A stretch of DNA of 64,000 nt from Acidobacteriales bacterium 59-55 (lineage in GTDB: Bacteria > Acidobacteriota > Terriglobia > Terriglobales > Acidobacteriaceae): assembly GCA_001897435.1 (NCBI GenBank), contig MKSV01000003.1, forward strand, positions 651,250 through 715,249. Direction: 5' to 3'. Positions within the stretch are counted from its first letter, which is position 1. Each line of letters starts with the position of its first letter. The notes beneath the pieces were generated by a model that was not told the origin of the DNA, made no database searches, and saw only the letters and a list, made by a program, of their open reading frames with translations. The position numbers and the translations under genes were made by a program. This document shows, piece after piece, positions 1 to 14,196 of the stretch.

Positions 1-507
1 CTCCACGCCCGGCCCGTAGAAGTCCGGCAGCCGCAGCACCGTCCCTTGAATCTTGCCCGCAGCGTGCGCCGCGAGCACCAGGTCTTCCTGCTCCTTGCGC
101 ATTCTGCCCTTGAAGGTCGGCGGATTCCGCGGATGAGCTTCTGTCACCCGCTCCGTCACCGGCACGCCGTAGGGATACACGGTCCCGATCAGCACTAACC
201 GCTTCACGCCCTCTGCAACCGCGCCGTCGAGGGCCTGCCGCATCGTCCTCGGATGCAACTCGAAGTTGTCGTACGGAACCCCCACCAGATAGATCAGCGT
301 ATCCACGCCCCGCGCCGCCGCCCGCACCGAGAGCGCGTCTTCCGGGTCCCAGGTTACGATCTCCGCCCTGGGGTCGCCGCCGAAGCTCTCGGTCAGCCGC
401 TGCCGGTTGCGGCCCACCACACGGTACGGCAATCCCCTGCTGCGCAGCGCGTCTGCGATGCTTCTTCCGGTAGCTCCAGTCGCTCCAAATAAAGCAGTCT
501 TGCCCAT
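1..507 (-). CDS. NAD-dependent epimerase/dehydratase family protein (runs off window edge)
   Basis: Manual translation from ATG at 507: MGKTALFGATGATGRSIADAL (Rossmann GxxGxxG), later LRLPDFYGPG; absent from ORF track because no stop is inside the window. Confidence 0.8.
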   Translation of the reverse strand, partial: MGKTALFGATGATGRSIADALRSRGLPYRVVGRNRQRLTESFGGDPRAEIVTWDPEDALSVRAAARGVDTLIYLVGVPYDNFELHPRTMRQALDGAVAEGVKRLVLIGTVYPYGVPVTERVTEAHPRNPPTFKGRMRKEQEDLVLAAHAAGKIQGTVLRLPDFYGPGVE

Positions 508-723
508 CGGCTCTCCTCATTCGGCTGAAACGGACCATCGCGTCCGCATAAGTAAAAACTGCTATCTCTCGTTAATGTTTTTAGATGTCCTTCCCTGACA
601 ATCTGCTTCTGCAATTGACGGATTTTTGCCGGTGCGCAAACCTGCACCGCTCGATGGCAGCCCTTCAACGCCGGACGTACCCTGCCTGATCGTGAGATGC
701 GAGACTGGAATGCCCGCAGCCGC

Positions 724-2217
724 TTACTGAATCGGCCCGCTGGCAAAGGTCAACTGCGCCTCCGCGGCGATCACGCGATACAGCGCAAACTGCCGCGATC
801 CCTGCGACCGCAGCTCGAACAGCAGGCTCGCCCGGTTGCTCGCCTCCGCGTCCACCGCGTCGACGAACCTCATCTCCGGCGTCCGATCCAGGTGCGCAGC
901 ATCGGTCACGCTTTGCAGCGCCGGCTTGATGTTGCCCAGATCGTCAGCCTGCGCCACCACCGTCACATACCGCAGCGCCGCGCCGGTGCCCGCCGTATGC
1001 GCCGAGAAGATATACGTCGCCGCGCCGCCATAGCTCAACGTGTAGCCCTTCAACTGCGTATCGAGCAGAGCCACCACGGGCGCAACAGCAGCCTTCGCCG
1101 CACTGCGGTGCCCGGCTTTTTTTCCGCGCGCGTCTTTTTTCGCGACGGATTTTGCAGCAGCAACAGGAGAAGCCGGAATGGCCACATCAACATAGGCCGC
1201 CAGCTTCGCCCGCGCCATCTCTTCCATCTTCGCCAGCACCGACGCGCGCTCCGCCCCATCCACCCATGGACGGGCGAAGTCGTGCTGGTCGCGGTCCACC
1301 GCATCCGACACCGCCACCATCTGGCGCAGGTCCGCCGGCGTCCCCACCAGCTTCGGCAGTTCGGTCGCCGTCGACGAACCGGCGGGCTTGCCGTAGTGCA
1401 GGTTAGGTCGGTTCGGATCGTTATTCAGCGCCTCGACCGCGCCGTCGCCCTGCGACTCCGCCTCCACCTTGGCCTTCTTCGCCTCCTCGGGACTGCGCCG
1501 CTTCAGGGTCGGACGGTCGGGATCGTCCGCCGGATCGTTGCTGGCCTGATTCGACGCCTGACTTCCAGCCTGATTCGATGCCCCCGTCGTCGGAGCGGCA
1601 CTCCCGCCACCCGTCTCCGCGCTATGCCCCTTCAACGTAGGCCGATCAGGATCGCCCGCGGGCGCGCCGCCTTCTGCGGGCTTCGACTCTGTTGCCGTCG
1701 AATCTCCCGGCGAGGAGTCAGTCCCCCCGCGCTTGCCGAAGTGCGGCCGCGAGTTATCGCCTGAACTCACAATGACCGGCAGCGTCTTTGACGCCCGCAG
1801 TACGGGACCCCTCTTCGCCGCGACCGGCGGCTTGTAGCTGCCGTAACCCAGCCACGCGCCCCTACCCTCCCCGTCCGCCGTCTGTACCCGGCGCGCATAG
1901 GAGAGGTCGAGCAATCCCTTGCCGACCCCAGCCTTCTCCAGTTCATAGACGTTTCCCGTCTCCAGCGCGAACGGCACCGGCCGGGCCAGGTAGATTCCCG
2001 CGTCCTCCAGCTTCCCATTGATGTAGAGCGAGACCGGGATCAGTCGGCTGGCCGTCGGCTTGGCCATGTCTCCAGTCCACTCGTAGACGCCCACCGCCCG
2101 CACCACCTGCTGCGGTTTGGCGACCTTGTGCATCTGCCCCAGGGCCGACGGCCCCGCCAGAACCGCTCCGCAAATCATCACGCCGCACATTGCCACGCCA
2201 AGCCGGAGATCTTTCAT
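724..2217 (-). CDS. Secreted hypothetical protein with low-complexity linker and repeated DPDRPxL motifs
   Basis: Long ORF; likely start MKDLRLG followed by signal-peptide-like segment; no recognisable catalytic motif. Confidence 0.6.
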   Translation of the reverse strand: MKDLRLGVAMCGVMICGAVLAGPSALGQMHKVAKPQQVVRAVGVYEWTGDMAKPTASRLIPVSLYINGKLEDAGIYLARPVPFALETGNVYELEKAGVGKGLLDLSYARRVQTADGEGRGAWLGYGSYKPPVAAKRGPVLRASKTLPVIVSSGDNSRPHFGKRGGTDSSPGDSTATESKPAEGGAPAGDPDRPTLKGHSAETGGGSAAPTTGASNQAGSQASNQASNDPADDPDRPTLKRRSPEEAKKAKVEAESQGDGAVEALNNDPNRPNLHYGKPAGSSTATELPKLVGTPADLRQMVAVSDAVDRDQHDFARPWVDGAERASVLAKMEEMARAKLAAYVDVAIPASPVAAAKSVAKKDARGKKAGHRSAAKAAVAPVVALLDTQLKGYTLSYGGAATYIFSAHTAGTGAALRYVTVVAQADDLGNIKPALQSVTDAAHLDRTPEMRFVDAVDAEASNRASLLFELRSQGSRQFALYRVIAAEAQLTFASGPIQ

Positions 2218-2364
2218 ATGCCCCATTCGCACTTTTTTAGACGTTCGTGCCCCAGCCAAAGTCCCGGCCCGCCACCCTGGCACTCCCCTCGAACCCGTCG
2301 GCATGAGGAGAAAATCCGCGCCGTGCCCTCATTTAACCATGACAATCCCGCTACCATGGGAGCG

Positions 2365-3219
2365 ATGACGGAACCCATCCCCACCGCGCCGCCGCTGCTC
2401 GACATTCGCAGCCTCAACGTCGCCTTCGGCCCCCAGTCTGCGGTCTCCCAATCCGCAGTCAAAGACATCTCCTTTCATATCGATCCCGGCGAAACGCTGG
2501 GGCTGGTCGGCGAGTCCGGCTCTGGCAAGTCCGTCACCTCGCTGGCCATCCTGCGCCTGCTTCCTCCCTTCGCGCGCGTCACCGGAGAGATTACGCTTGG
2601 CGGCGAAGATCTGCTCGCGCTGCCGGAGGAGGCCATGCGCCGTCATCGCGGCAGCAGCATCGCCATGATCTTCCAGGAGCCGATGACCGCGCTCAATCCG
2701 TCGATGGCCGTCGGCGCGCAGATCGCCGAAGGACTCGTCGCGCACCATCCCGAGCTGTCCCGTAACTCCATCCGGCAGAAGGTGCTGGACGCCATGAACG
2801 AGGTCGGGCTGCCCGACGCCGAGCGCCGCTTCGGCGACTATCCCCACCAGTTTTCCGGCGGCCAGCGCCAGCGCATCCTCATCGCCATGGCGCTCATCAA
2901 CCGCCCCCGGCTGCTGATCGCCGACGAGCCCACCACCGCGCTCGACGTCACCGTCCAGGCCCAGATTCTGCGCCTGCTCAACGACCTGCGCCGAACTCAC
3001 AACCTCGCCATGCTCTTCATCTCGCACGATCTCGCTGTCGTCTCCGAAGTCGCCGACCGGGTCGCCGTCATGCAGCACGGCGAAATCGTCGAGCAAGCCC
3101 CGGCCGAGACTCTCTTCCGACACCCCCGGCATCCCTACACCCGCAGCCTGCTGGCCGCCGCGCCCACCATGCGTACGGACCGCGACCGCCCCCTGGCATC
3201 TCCAATCTCGATGGGATAA
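2365..3219 (+). CDS. Dipeptide/oligopeptide ABC transporter ATP-binding protein (orphan)
   Basis: Walker A GESGSGKS, signature FSGGQRQR, Walker [24 protein letters not shown]. Confidence 0.9.
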   Translation: MTEPIPTAPPLLDIRSLNVAFGPQSAVSQSAVKDISFHIDPGETLGLVGESGSGKSVTSLAILRLLPPFARVTGEITLGGEDLLALPEEAMRRHRGSSIAMIFQEPMTALNPSMAVGAQIAEGLVAHHPELSRNSIRQKVLDAMNEVGLPDAERRFGDYPHQFSGGQRQRILIAMALINRPRLLIADEPTTALDVTVQAQILRLLNDLRRTHNLAMLFISHDLAVVSEVADRVAVMQHGEIVEQAPAETLFRHPRHPYTRSLLAAAPTMRTDRDRPLASPISMG

Positions 3220-3310
3220 TCCATTCCCCAGAGTCAAACGTGCGCCCCCGCAAATGCGCTAAACTCGCTAAGCCTCGCTAAAACTACGGAAACTGGTCCA
3301 TCCCCGGCAA

Positions 3311-4060
3311 ATGCGCGCTCTCATCCTCTCCGACATCCACGCGAATCTCGAAGCCCTCACCGCCGTCCTCGACGCCGCCCGCTTCGACGTCCTGTGGAAC
3401 CTCGGGGACGTCGTCGGCTACGGAGCCAGCCCGAATCAAGTCGTTGATTTAATTCGGCCTAAGTCGCAGCTCACGGTTCGGGGCAATCACGACCGCGTCT
3501 GCTCCGGCCTGACCTCGGCGCTGGGCTTCAACCCCATCGCCCGCGCCGCCGCCCACTGGACCCACGACGAGCTGACTCCCGACAACCTCGGCTGGATCAA
3601 GAGGCTGCCACAGGGGCCAATCGAAGCCCCGGAAGCCGGCGTCACCTGCGCCCACGGCTCCCCGCTCAACGAGGACCAGTACATCCTCAACATGCGCGAC
3701 GCCTGGGCTCCGTTGCAACAGATGCCCACCAACATCACCTTCTTCGGGCACACCCACATTCAGGGGGGATTCTCGCAGCAGGGTCACGACTGGCACGAGT
3801 TGCGCCCACAGCTTCCGCGCAACAACGAGGCCGCGTCATGGTCGATGGCCATCGCGGACGGCAGCCGCCATCTCATCAATCCCGGCTCGGTCGGCCAGCC
3901 GCGCGACTACGACTGGCGCGCCGCCTTCGCCATCTACGACACCGAGGCCCGTGAGATCACCTTCCACCGCATCCCCTATGACATCACCGCCTCGCAGGGC
4001 CGCATCCTGATGGCCGGACTGCCCGAACGACTTGCCGCCCGCCTCACCGAAGGCCGCTAG
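3311..4060 (+). CDS. Metallophosphoesterase family protein
   Basis: SDIHAN, LGDVVGYG, RGNHD, HG, FGHTH, NPGSVGQPRD motifs. Confidence 0.9.
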   Translation: MRALILSDIHANLEALTAVLDAARFDVLWNLGDVVGYGASPNQVVDLIRPKSQLTVRGNHDRVCSGLTSALGFNPIARAAAHWTHDELTPDNLGWIKRLPQGPIEAPEAGVTCAHGSPLNEDQYILNMRDAWAPLQQMPTNITFFGHTHIQGGFSQQGHDWHELRPQLPRNNEAASWSMAIADGSRHLINPGSVGQPRDYDWRAAFAIYDTEAREITFHRIPYDITASQGRILMAGLPERLAARLTEGR

Positions 4061-4126
4061 GGCAGGTTCCCTACTCGGCGGTTATAGATTTTTGACCAAA
4101 GCAACAGGCACAGGCAAGAGCAAGGA

Positions 4127-4337
4127 AAATACAGGGGTCTCTCCACTACGGCCTGCGGCCTTCGGTCGAGATGACGTTTTGTGGTGTGGTCAACCGGGTG
4201 TCAACGAGTCCTGAGATATTTTCTCTGCTTCCGGAGCGCACCCTCCCTGCTCCCGAGAGCGAAAGAAGCACGTCATCTCGACCGGAGCAACGGACAGCTT
4301 TATCGTCCGTTGTGCAGCGGAGAGACCCCTGTATTTC
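4127..4337. repeat. REP-like family A pair (inverted copies 4127-4176 and 4269-4337)
   Basis: Termini CGTCATCTCGACC and GGAGAGACCCCTGTATTT, between convergent genes. Confidence 0.85.
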
Positions 4338-4383
4338 CGCTTTCCCTGCGGCGGCAAGCTCATACATCGCAGGGTAAAAGCCG

Positions 4384-6336
<1,953 letters not shown>

Positions 6337-6403
6337 CCCTTCTATTTTCGCACCGAACCCGTCAGAGCCGCCGCCCACGTGCCGATGCGGCTAATCGCAG
6401 TAC

Positions 6404-7681
6404 TTAATACTTCAGCTCTCCGATGTAAACGGTGAAGGCCGGGATCGTCATGGAATCGAGCGTCATCGGCCCCATTCCCTTGTCCGAGCGAATGACCGTG
6501 CGTAGAAAATTCCCCCTCAAATGCAGCTTCTGCATGTCGTCCTTGAGCGAGAGATGCACGGGCTGCGCCGACAGGTTGCAAATAACCACAAGCGGAGGAT
6601 TCTTCAGCGATGCCCCCTCCGGCCTGCGTACCCAGGCAAGGACATTCTGATCGTCGTGGTTGAGCATGATGCTCGGAGCCGAGCTGAGGGTCCGGTTGCT
6701 GTGATGGAGCGCGCTGAGTTGGCGGTACCAGTTGAGCAGCGAGGCGTGGTCGGACTCCTGCGCCGCCACGCTGACGGGATCGTTCGCGGGCGCGGGGTGA
6801 GCGGGCTTTCTGGCCCCGGCCGCAGCCGGAACAACCGGCGTACCCCACGGCATCGGAGCGTCGGAGGCAAGGCCAATCTCCTGGCCGTAGTAGATCAGCG
6901 AAGAGGCGCGATTGGTCAGCAGCGCGGCAGCAAGGACCTTCGCGATGTCGAAGTTGTGCCGGCCGTCGCCGAGACGGGCTGCGCTGCGAGCGATGCCGGG
7001 GCCGTCGGTGGCGAGCAGAAGCGAGTTCGGGTTGGACTGGATGGCCTCGATCACCGGGCGCAGCGCGGCGGCGCTCAACTGACTCACCTTGGCGAGGCTC
7101 GCATCGAGCAGAAGCTGTGGCTGCTGCCGTCCCGTGGCGGCGGGGTCGAGGTCGCCGATGATGATGCGCTCGCCGATGTAAGATCCGGCGATCTTGCGCA
7201 GCTCGTCGGCCTGCTGCGGATTGGCGATGCGGAAGCCCGCGAGGCCGCGGTTGAGCCACAGCCGAGCCAGGCTGTTGAGGTCGGTCCCGGCCGGAAGCGT
7301 GCCCAGGTCGAGCAGGATGCGCATGTTGCGGCTGCTCGCAGTGCGGCTCAGGTCGTCGAGATCGTCGAGCGTGCCGATGGCAGGATCGAGCGCCTGCGGA
7401 TGCGCCTCGTCCGGCTCGATATGCGTCAGCAGGATGGCGTCGGCACCGAGCGAGTGGATGTAGTCGAGCCGCTGGGCGATGCCCTTGAGCCCCTCGCTGC
7501 TGAAGCCGTGCGGGTCAATCTCGTAAACGATAGGGTGCTTCCACCACGCCTCGGACTTCTCTCCGAACCCCGCCCAGCCGGGACGAGCGAGCATCTGCGC
7601 AATCGCGGGGGCGGAGGCAGCGAAGGTGAGCAGGCAGGCGAGCGAGAGGACCAGCAGGGCTTTGATTCGGTTAATCGGCAT
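6404..7681 (-). CDS. Secreted GH13 (alpha-amylase family)-like protein, catalytic motifs degenerate
   Basis: WWKHPIVYEI, GLKGIAQRLDYIHSLGADAILL, IYYGQEIG, SLLNWYRQL; signal peptide. Confidence 0.75.
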   Translation of the reverse strand: MPINRIKALLVLSLACLLTFAASAPAIAQMLARPGWAGFGEKSEAWWKHPIVYEIDPHGFSSEGLKGIAQRLDYIHSLGADAILLTHIEPDEAHPQALDPAIGTLDDLDDLSRTASSRNMRILLDLGTLPAGTDLNSLARLWLNRGLAGFRIANPQQADELRKIAGSYIGERIIIGDLDPAATGRQQPQLLLDASLAKVSQLSAAALRPVIEAIQSNPNSLLLATDGPGIARSAARLGDGRHNFDIAKVLAAALLTNRASSLIYYGQEIGLASDAPMPWGTPVVPAAAGARKPAHPAPANDPVSVAAQESDHASLLNWYRQLSALHHSNRTLSSAPSIMLNHDDQNVLAWVRRPEGASLKNPPLVVICNLSAQPVHLSLKDDMQKLHLRGNFLRTVIRSDKGMGPMTLDSMTIPAFTVYIGELKY

Positions 7682-7831
7682 GTTAGAGAGATGCTACCGC
7701 GAGTGATTCTCCGCCACAAAAGCCCGGTGCGAGCGTAGCGGAAGGATTGCGGACCTTTGCATGGATATTTTGGCTATACTTTCGCGTGAATTGTTTCCCT
7801 TGAACGTTTCGCATGAACGAGGAGAGAACCT

Positions 7832-8557
7832 GTGAGCGTTAACCAGTCAGACCAGCCCTTGTACGCAATCGTGAGCAGCGCTCCGCCCGCCAGCATTAAC
7901 GACGTCATCGCGAAGATGGAGCAGATCGACGGCCTGCTCGCCGACAACGATGGGCTGAAGTGGTTCAACCGGCTCTACCTGATGGTGACGAAAGAGGTCG
8001 ATCTCCGCCCTCCCGCCGGCGGATGGAAGGACGCCGACTGGCTGCTGCGGCTCGACGTGGTCTTCGCGGGATTCTACTTCCGGGCCGTCGCGGGCGCGCT
8101 CGACGGCTCCACCGATACAGCCAGCTCGTGGAACGCGCTAATGGAAGTGCGCTTCAAGACCGGCATCGACCGCATCCAGTTCGCGCTGGCGGGGATGAAC
8201 GCGCACATCAACCACGACCTCGCGCTGGCGCTACTGGCGACCGACAGCGAGACGAATCTGACTCCCGGCTACAACAGCCCGCAGCACGTGGACTATCAGG
8301 CGGTCAACGATCTGCTGAACCGCGTGATGCCCAACGCACTCGAGATGCTGGCGGCCGGGATTCTGGGCATGGCCGCGCAGGATACGGGCAAGATCGGGCG
8401 AGTGCTCGCCTTCTGGAACATCTGCCGCGCGCGCGATCTGGCATGGAACTTCGCCGATCACCTGCGAGGCCTCGGCGGCATTGCGCGAATCGTGGCGCTG
8501 ACCGCGCAGGACCAGATGACCGGCGCGCTGGGCCGCGCTATCGTGATGGCCGTTTGA
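7832..8557 (+). CDS. DUF5995-like protein
   Basis: FNRLYLMVT...LDVVFA...GMNAHINHDL pattern; GAGGAG SD before GTG. Confidence 0.7.
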   Translation: MSVNQSDQPLYAIVSSAPPASINDVIAKMEQIDGLLADNDGLKWFNRLYLMVTKEVDLRPPAGGWKDADWLLRLDVVFAGFYFRAVAGALDGSTDTASSWNALMEVRFKTGIDRIQFALAGMNAHINHDLALALLATDSETNLTPGYNSPQHVDYQAVNDLLNRVMPNALEMLAAGILGMAAQDTGKIGRVLAFWNICRARDLAWNFADHLRGLGGIARIVALTAQDQMTGALGRAIVMAV

Positions 8558-8563
8558 CAGACC

Positions 8564-10087
<1,524 letters not shown>

Positions 10088-10103
10088 AGAGTTTCCTGAA
10101 AGC

Positions 10104-13010
10104 TTAGACGTCGTTGGTGCGGGCGAGCACTTCGGCGAGATGGCGTGGGCGTGCAGCGGTGTTCTGCGTGATCTGCTCCTGGCAACTGAAGCCGTCCGAG
10201 ACGATGATGGCTTCCTTGTTGCCGCGAACGGCGGGCAGCAGAACGCGTTCGCCCAGCGTCTGCGAGATCTCGTACTTGTCCTCTTCAAAGCCGAAGGGAC
10301 CGGCCATGCCGCAGCAGCCGGAGTCGAGCAGCCGGACCTCGGCTCCCGTGGCGCGGAGAATCTGCATCTCGTCCTTCATGCTCATGGTGGCGTGATGATG
10401 GCAGTGGCCGTGGACGATGATCTTTTTATCGATCTGCGGAGGGCGATAGCCGGGCGCGTGTTTGACGAGAAACTCGCTCAACAGCAGCGTCTGATTGCGC
10501 AGCTTCACGGCGCGAGGATCGTTGGGCAGCAGGTTCGTCAACTCGTCGCGGAAGACCGAGGCGCAGCTCGGCTCCAGCACCACGACCGGCGTTCCCGCGG
10601 CGAGTTGCGGAGCGAGCGCGTCGAGGATCTTCAGCAGATATTCCTTCGCCGTGTCCAGCATGCCGAAGTCGTAGAGCGGCCGGCCGCAGCAAAGATGCTG
10701 CGCGGGCAGGCCGACGCGGAAGCCGGCATCGCTGAGGACCGTATAAGCAGCACGCATCGTGGAAGGGTGAAAGTAGTTATTAAACGTGTCGGCCCAGAGA
10801 AAGACATCTTTGCCGTCCGCAGTCTGCTGCTTGCGCGGTTCGCGCGTGAACGCTTTAGCAAAGCGCGGCATGGTGCGCTTGCCATGGATGTGCAGCGTGG
10901 ACTTGATGAGATTGCGAACCAGCGGCGCGTTGTTGATGGCGTTGACCAGCCCCGGCGCAAGCGACGCGATCCGCGCCCAGCGGTCGATGCGTCCGAAGGC
11001 GTAGTGGAAGAGCGGGCGCGATGCGTGCTCGTAGTGGTGCGCGAGAAATTCGGCCTTGTAGGTGGCCATGTCCACGCTGGTGGGGCACTCGCTCTTGCAC
11101 GCCTTGCAGGAGAGGCAGAGGTCGAGCGACTCCCTGACCTGCTCATTCTTCCACTTGTCGTCGAGCACCTCGCCCTGCATCAGCTCCCACAGCAGATGGG
11201 CGCGGCCGCGTGTGGAATACAACTCTTCGCCCGTCGCCATGAAGCTGGGACACATGGCCCCGGCATCGCGCTTGCGGCACGCGCCGACGCCGACGCAGCG
11301 CAGAGTTGCCGCGGCAAACGAGCCGTTATTCTCGGCGAAGGCAAAGTGCGTCTTCGGCTGCCACGGCTTGTAGTCGGCGCCCAGGCGAAGGTCTTCGTGC
11401 GGCTGGCGCGGATCGACGAGATTGCCGGGATTGAGGCCGTTCTCCGGGTCCCACAGCCGCTTGAAGTCGGCGAAGGCTTGCATCAGTTCGGGCCCGTACA
11501 TCTTCGGCAGCAACGCGGCGCGCGACTGGCCGTCGCCGTGCTCGCCCGAGAGCGAGCCGCCGTGCGCCACCACAATATCCGCAGCTCGGTCGATGAACTG
11601 CCGGTACGCCAGAATGCCGGCCTCGGTCTCGAAGTCGAAGTTGAAGCGCATGTGAACGCAGCCCTGGCCGAAGTGGCCGTACATGGGGCTGGTGTAGTGA
11701 AACTCATCCATCAACGCGTAGAGCGCGCGCAGGTACGAGCCCTCCTTCGCCGGATCGACGGCGGCGTCTTCCCAGCCCTCCCAGTGCATCGGCTTGCCGG
11801 GAACGAAAGCGGTCGCGCCCAGGCCGGACTCGCGAATGTGCCAGACGCGATGCGCCTCATCCGCGGTGTAGATACGGAAGGACGGCCTGGCGGCAAGATC
11901 TCCCAGCGCGGCCCCAAGCGCTTCGGCCTGCCCGTCGGCTTCGGCCTGCGTCGCTCCGCCGAACTCGATCAGTAGAAAACCGCGTCCACCCGGCAGCAGC
12001 GCGAGGTCGTCGAGCAGCATGCTCTTCGCCCGCAGGGAGTCGAGCAGAATGCCGTCGACGCCCTCCAGCCCGATCGGCCTGTGTTCGAGAAGCTGTGGAA
12101 CATGGTCCGCCGCGATGAAGATATCCTCGAAGCCGATCCCCATCAACGTGCGAAACTGCGGGCTCTCCACCAGCCGCAGCGTGGCTCCCAGAATCACCGC
12201 GCAGGAGCCTTCGCTGCCCACGAGCGCGCGGGCCACGTTGAAGCCGTTCTCCGGCAGCAGCTCGTCGAGATTGAAGCCGGAGACGCGGCGCGGAATGCGC
12301 GGAAACTGCGCGCGAACCAGATTGGCATAGGTATCGCGGAGACGTTTCAACTCCGCATAAATACCGCCGACGCGGCCTCCCGCGGCGATCAACCGTTCAA
12401 GCTCTTCTTCGGTTGTCGCACCGACGGTCAAGCACGTGCCGTCGTACAGCAGAAGATCGAGCGACTCGATGTTGTCGACCGTCTTTCCGCCCATCAGCGC
12501 ATGGACGCCGCAGGAGTTGTTGCCGATCATGCCGCCGAGCGTGCAGCGGCTGTGCGTTGCCGGATCGGGAGCGAAGGTCAGTGCAAACTTCTCCGCCGCC
12601 TCGCGCACGCGATCGAGCACGATGCCGGGCTGCACATGGACGGTGCGCGCAACAGGATCGACTGCGCCCATCCCGTTCATGTACTTCGAAAAGTCAAGAA
12701 TGACGGCGGTGTTCGTGCATTGGCCGGAGACCGAGGTGCCGCCTCCGCGCGAGAGTACCGGCGCGCCCAGGCTGCGGCAGATGGCGACCGTGGCGATCAC
12801 ATCGTCCTCGTCCCTGGGAACGACAAGCCCGATGGGGACATGGCGATAGTTCGACGAGTCGGTGGAGTAGGCGGCCCTGGAAGCAGCGTCGAAACGAACC
12901 TCGCCACGAATCTTTTCACGCAGCCGCTTCTCCAGTTCGGCGGCGGCGGGGAATTGCTCATGAGAGCGGGCGTGAGAGCTGGGCAGAAGAGTAAAGGAAG
13001 ACGTGGACAT
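10104..13010 (-). CDS. FAD-linked oxidase with 4Fe-4S/CCG domains (YdiJ-like, candidate D-2-hydroxyglutarate dehydrogenase)
   Basis: RGGGTSVSGQ, TLGGMIGNNSCG, SLSGEHGDG, CVGVGACR, CLSCKACKSECP, CCGMAG. Confidence 0.85.
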   Translation of the reverse strand: MSTSSFTLLPSSHARSHEQFPAAAELEKRLREKIRGEVRFDAASRAAYSTDSSNYRHVPIGLVVPRDEDDVIATVAICRSLGAPVLSRGGGTSVSGQCTNTAVILDFSKYMNGMGAVDPVARTVHVQPGIVLDRVREAAEKFALTFAPDPATHSRCTLGGMIGNNSCGVHALMGGKTVDNIESLDLLLYDGTCLTVGATTEEELERLIAAGGRVGGIYAELKRLRDTYANLVRAQFPRIPRRVSGFNLDELLPENGFNVARALVGSEGSCAVILGATLRLVESPQFRTLMGIGFEDIFIAADHVPQLLEHRPIGLEGVDGILLDSLRAKSMLLDDLALLPGGRGFLLIEFGGATQAEADGQAEALGAALGDLAARPSFRIYTADEAHRVWHIRESGLGATAFVPGKPMHWEGWEDAAVDPAKEGSYLRALYALMDEFHYTSPMYGHFGQGCVHMRFNFDFETEAGILAYRQFIDRAADIVVAHGGSLSGEHGDGQSRAALLPKMYGPELMQAFADFKRLWDPENGLNPGNLVDPRQPHEDLRLGADYKPWQPKTHFAFAENNGSFAAATLRCVGVGACRKRDAGAMCPSFMATGEELYSTRGRAHLLWELMQGEVLDDKWKNEQVRESLDLCLSCKACKSECPTSVDMATYKAEFLAHHYEHASRPLFHYAFGRIDRWARIASLAPGLVNAINNAPLVRNLIKSTLHIHGKRTMPRFAKAFTREPRKQQTADGKDVFLWADTFNNYFHPSTMRAAYTVLSDAGFRVGLPAQHLCCGRPLYDFGMLDTAKEYLLKILDALAPQLAAGTPVVVLEPSCASVFRDELTNLLPNDPRAVKLRNQTLLLSEFLVKHAPGYRPPQIDKKIIVHGHCHHHATMSMKDEMQILRATGAEVRLLDSGCCGMAGPFGFEEDKYEISQTLGERVLLPAVRGNKEAIIVSDGFSCQEQITQNTAARPRHLAEVLARTNDV

Positions 13011-13066
13011 GAAGGCGACTGCTCTCCAAAAGACAGTAGCTCCATTTTAAAGCCCGAAAAGCGCGG

Positions 13067-14116
13067 CTACGATTTTTCCGGCGTTGACGGCTCTGCATTC
13101 CCGGTCATCTTGAAGATAGCCTGCGCATTCGAGCTGTCGAAGCTGAGGTCCAGAGCGCGTCTGCCGTCCTTCTCCGGCAGCGGAAGCCGGGTGATGAACT
13201 CGTAGAAGGAGCCGGGAACCTCGCGTTCTACAAGGCTTCCGTCGGCGGCGCGAAATTTCCTGATGACGCGGGCGGCGTGAAAGGCCGTCTGGCGAACGCG
13301 GCCCGACTGCGAGGTTTCGACCGTGTCCTTCATCGGCTGGCCCAGCATTTTTTGTTCAGCGGCAAGCCGGTCCACATCGGCAACGCGGTCGGTGGCGTGA
13401 TTAAAAGCATTTCCCTCGGTAGAGATCCAGGCCATCTCCGGCGATTCGGCGAGCAGAATCTCGTAGTCCGCAAGCGCCGCCTCCCGGTGCTGCCGACCGA
13501 AGCAGGAGACGAGCACAGGCAACAGCGTTGCTGCCTCCTCCACGCTGAGCAAGCGCGTCTCTTCGAGCTTCTTGAGTAAGTCGTCGGCCTGCGGCGTCAC
13601 CGGATCAACTGAGGTGGAAGTAACGCGCTGCACCGCCGCGAGAAACTCTGCGGAGAAGCGCTCCGGGTGCAGCTCGCTGATAAAGAACTGGGCGATCTCC
13701 TCGGGAAAATCGGATTGAGCATGGGAACGCCCGGTCATGCGCAGGCGTTCTAGCGGATACAGGCCATTGAGCGCGTAGCCGAGCGGACGCAGGATGCGCG
13801 TGATGGCCAGCTCTCCTACCGGCAGCGCTCCCATACCCGCCAGCGAAACTGTGCGGACCGCACCGTGATCGTGCATCACCGTTCTGCCCTCGTCGAGGCA
13901 GCGCTCGACGTAGAGCTTCGCCGCCGGGACGCGCGCGAGCAGGTCCTCGAAGAGCAGCATGTTCAGCGCCTGCGCGATGACGGCTCGCGATGCTCCAGGC
14001 CCCGCGTCTTCGGCAATTGCAGGATGGATGACCAGCACATTGAAGAGGCGATCGGCGCGGTCGGCGCCGGTGATCGCTTCGAGGGTCTGCCGCAGAACGC
14101 CATCTCTGGATTTCAT
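13067..14116 (-). CDS. DUF1338/HglS-like 2-oxoadipate dioxygenase/decarboxylase
   Basis: DHGAVRT, FISELH, WISTEGNAFNHATDR, SGRVRQTAF, VPGSFYEFITR. Confidence 0.78.
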   Translation of the reverse strand: MKSRDGVLRQTLEAITGADRADRLFNVLVIHPAIAEDAGPGASRAVIAQALNMLLFEDLLARVPAAKLYVERCLDEGRTVMHDHGAVRTVSLAGMGALPVGELAITRILRPLGYALNGLYPLERLRMTGRSHAQSDFPEEIAQFFISELHPERFSAEFLAAVQRVTSTSVDPVTPQADDLLKKLEETRLLSVEEAATLLPVLVSCFGRQHREAALADYEILLAESPEMAWISTEGNAFNHATDRVADVDRLAAEQKMLGQPMKDTVETSQSGRVRQTAFHAARVIRKFRAADGSLVEREVPGSFYEFITRLPLPEKDGRRALDLSFDSSNAQAIFKMTGNAEPSTPEKS

Positions 14117-14196
14117 GGTTCAACCTCCTGTCGCAAGGCTTAAATTACTCCAATGCCGGCACGTTGAGAACGAAGCTTCAGCAACCTATCTGTCAC

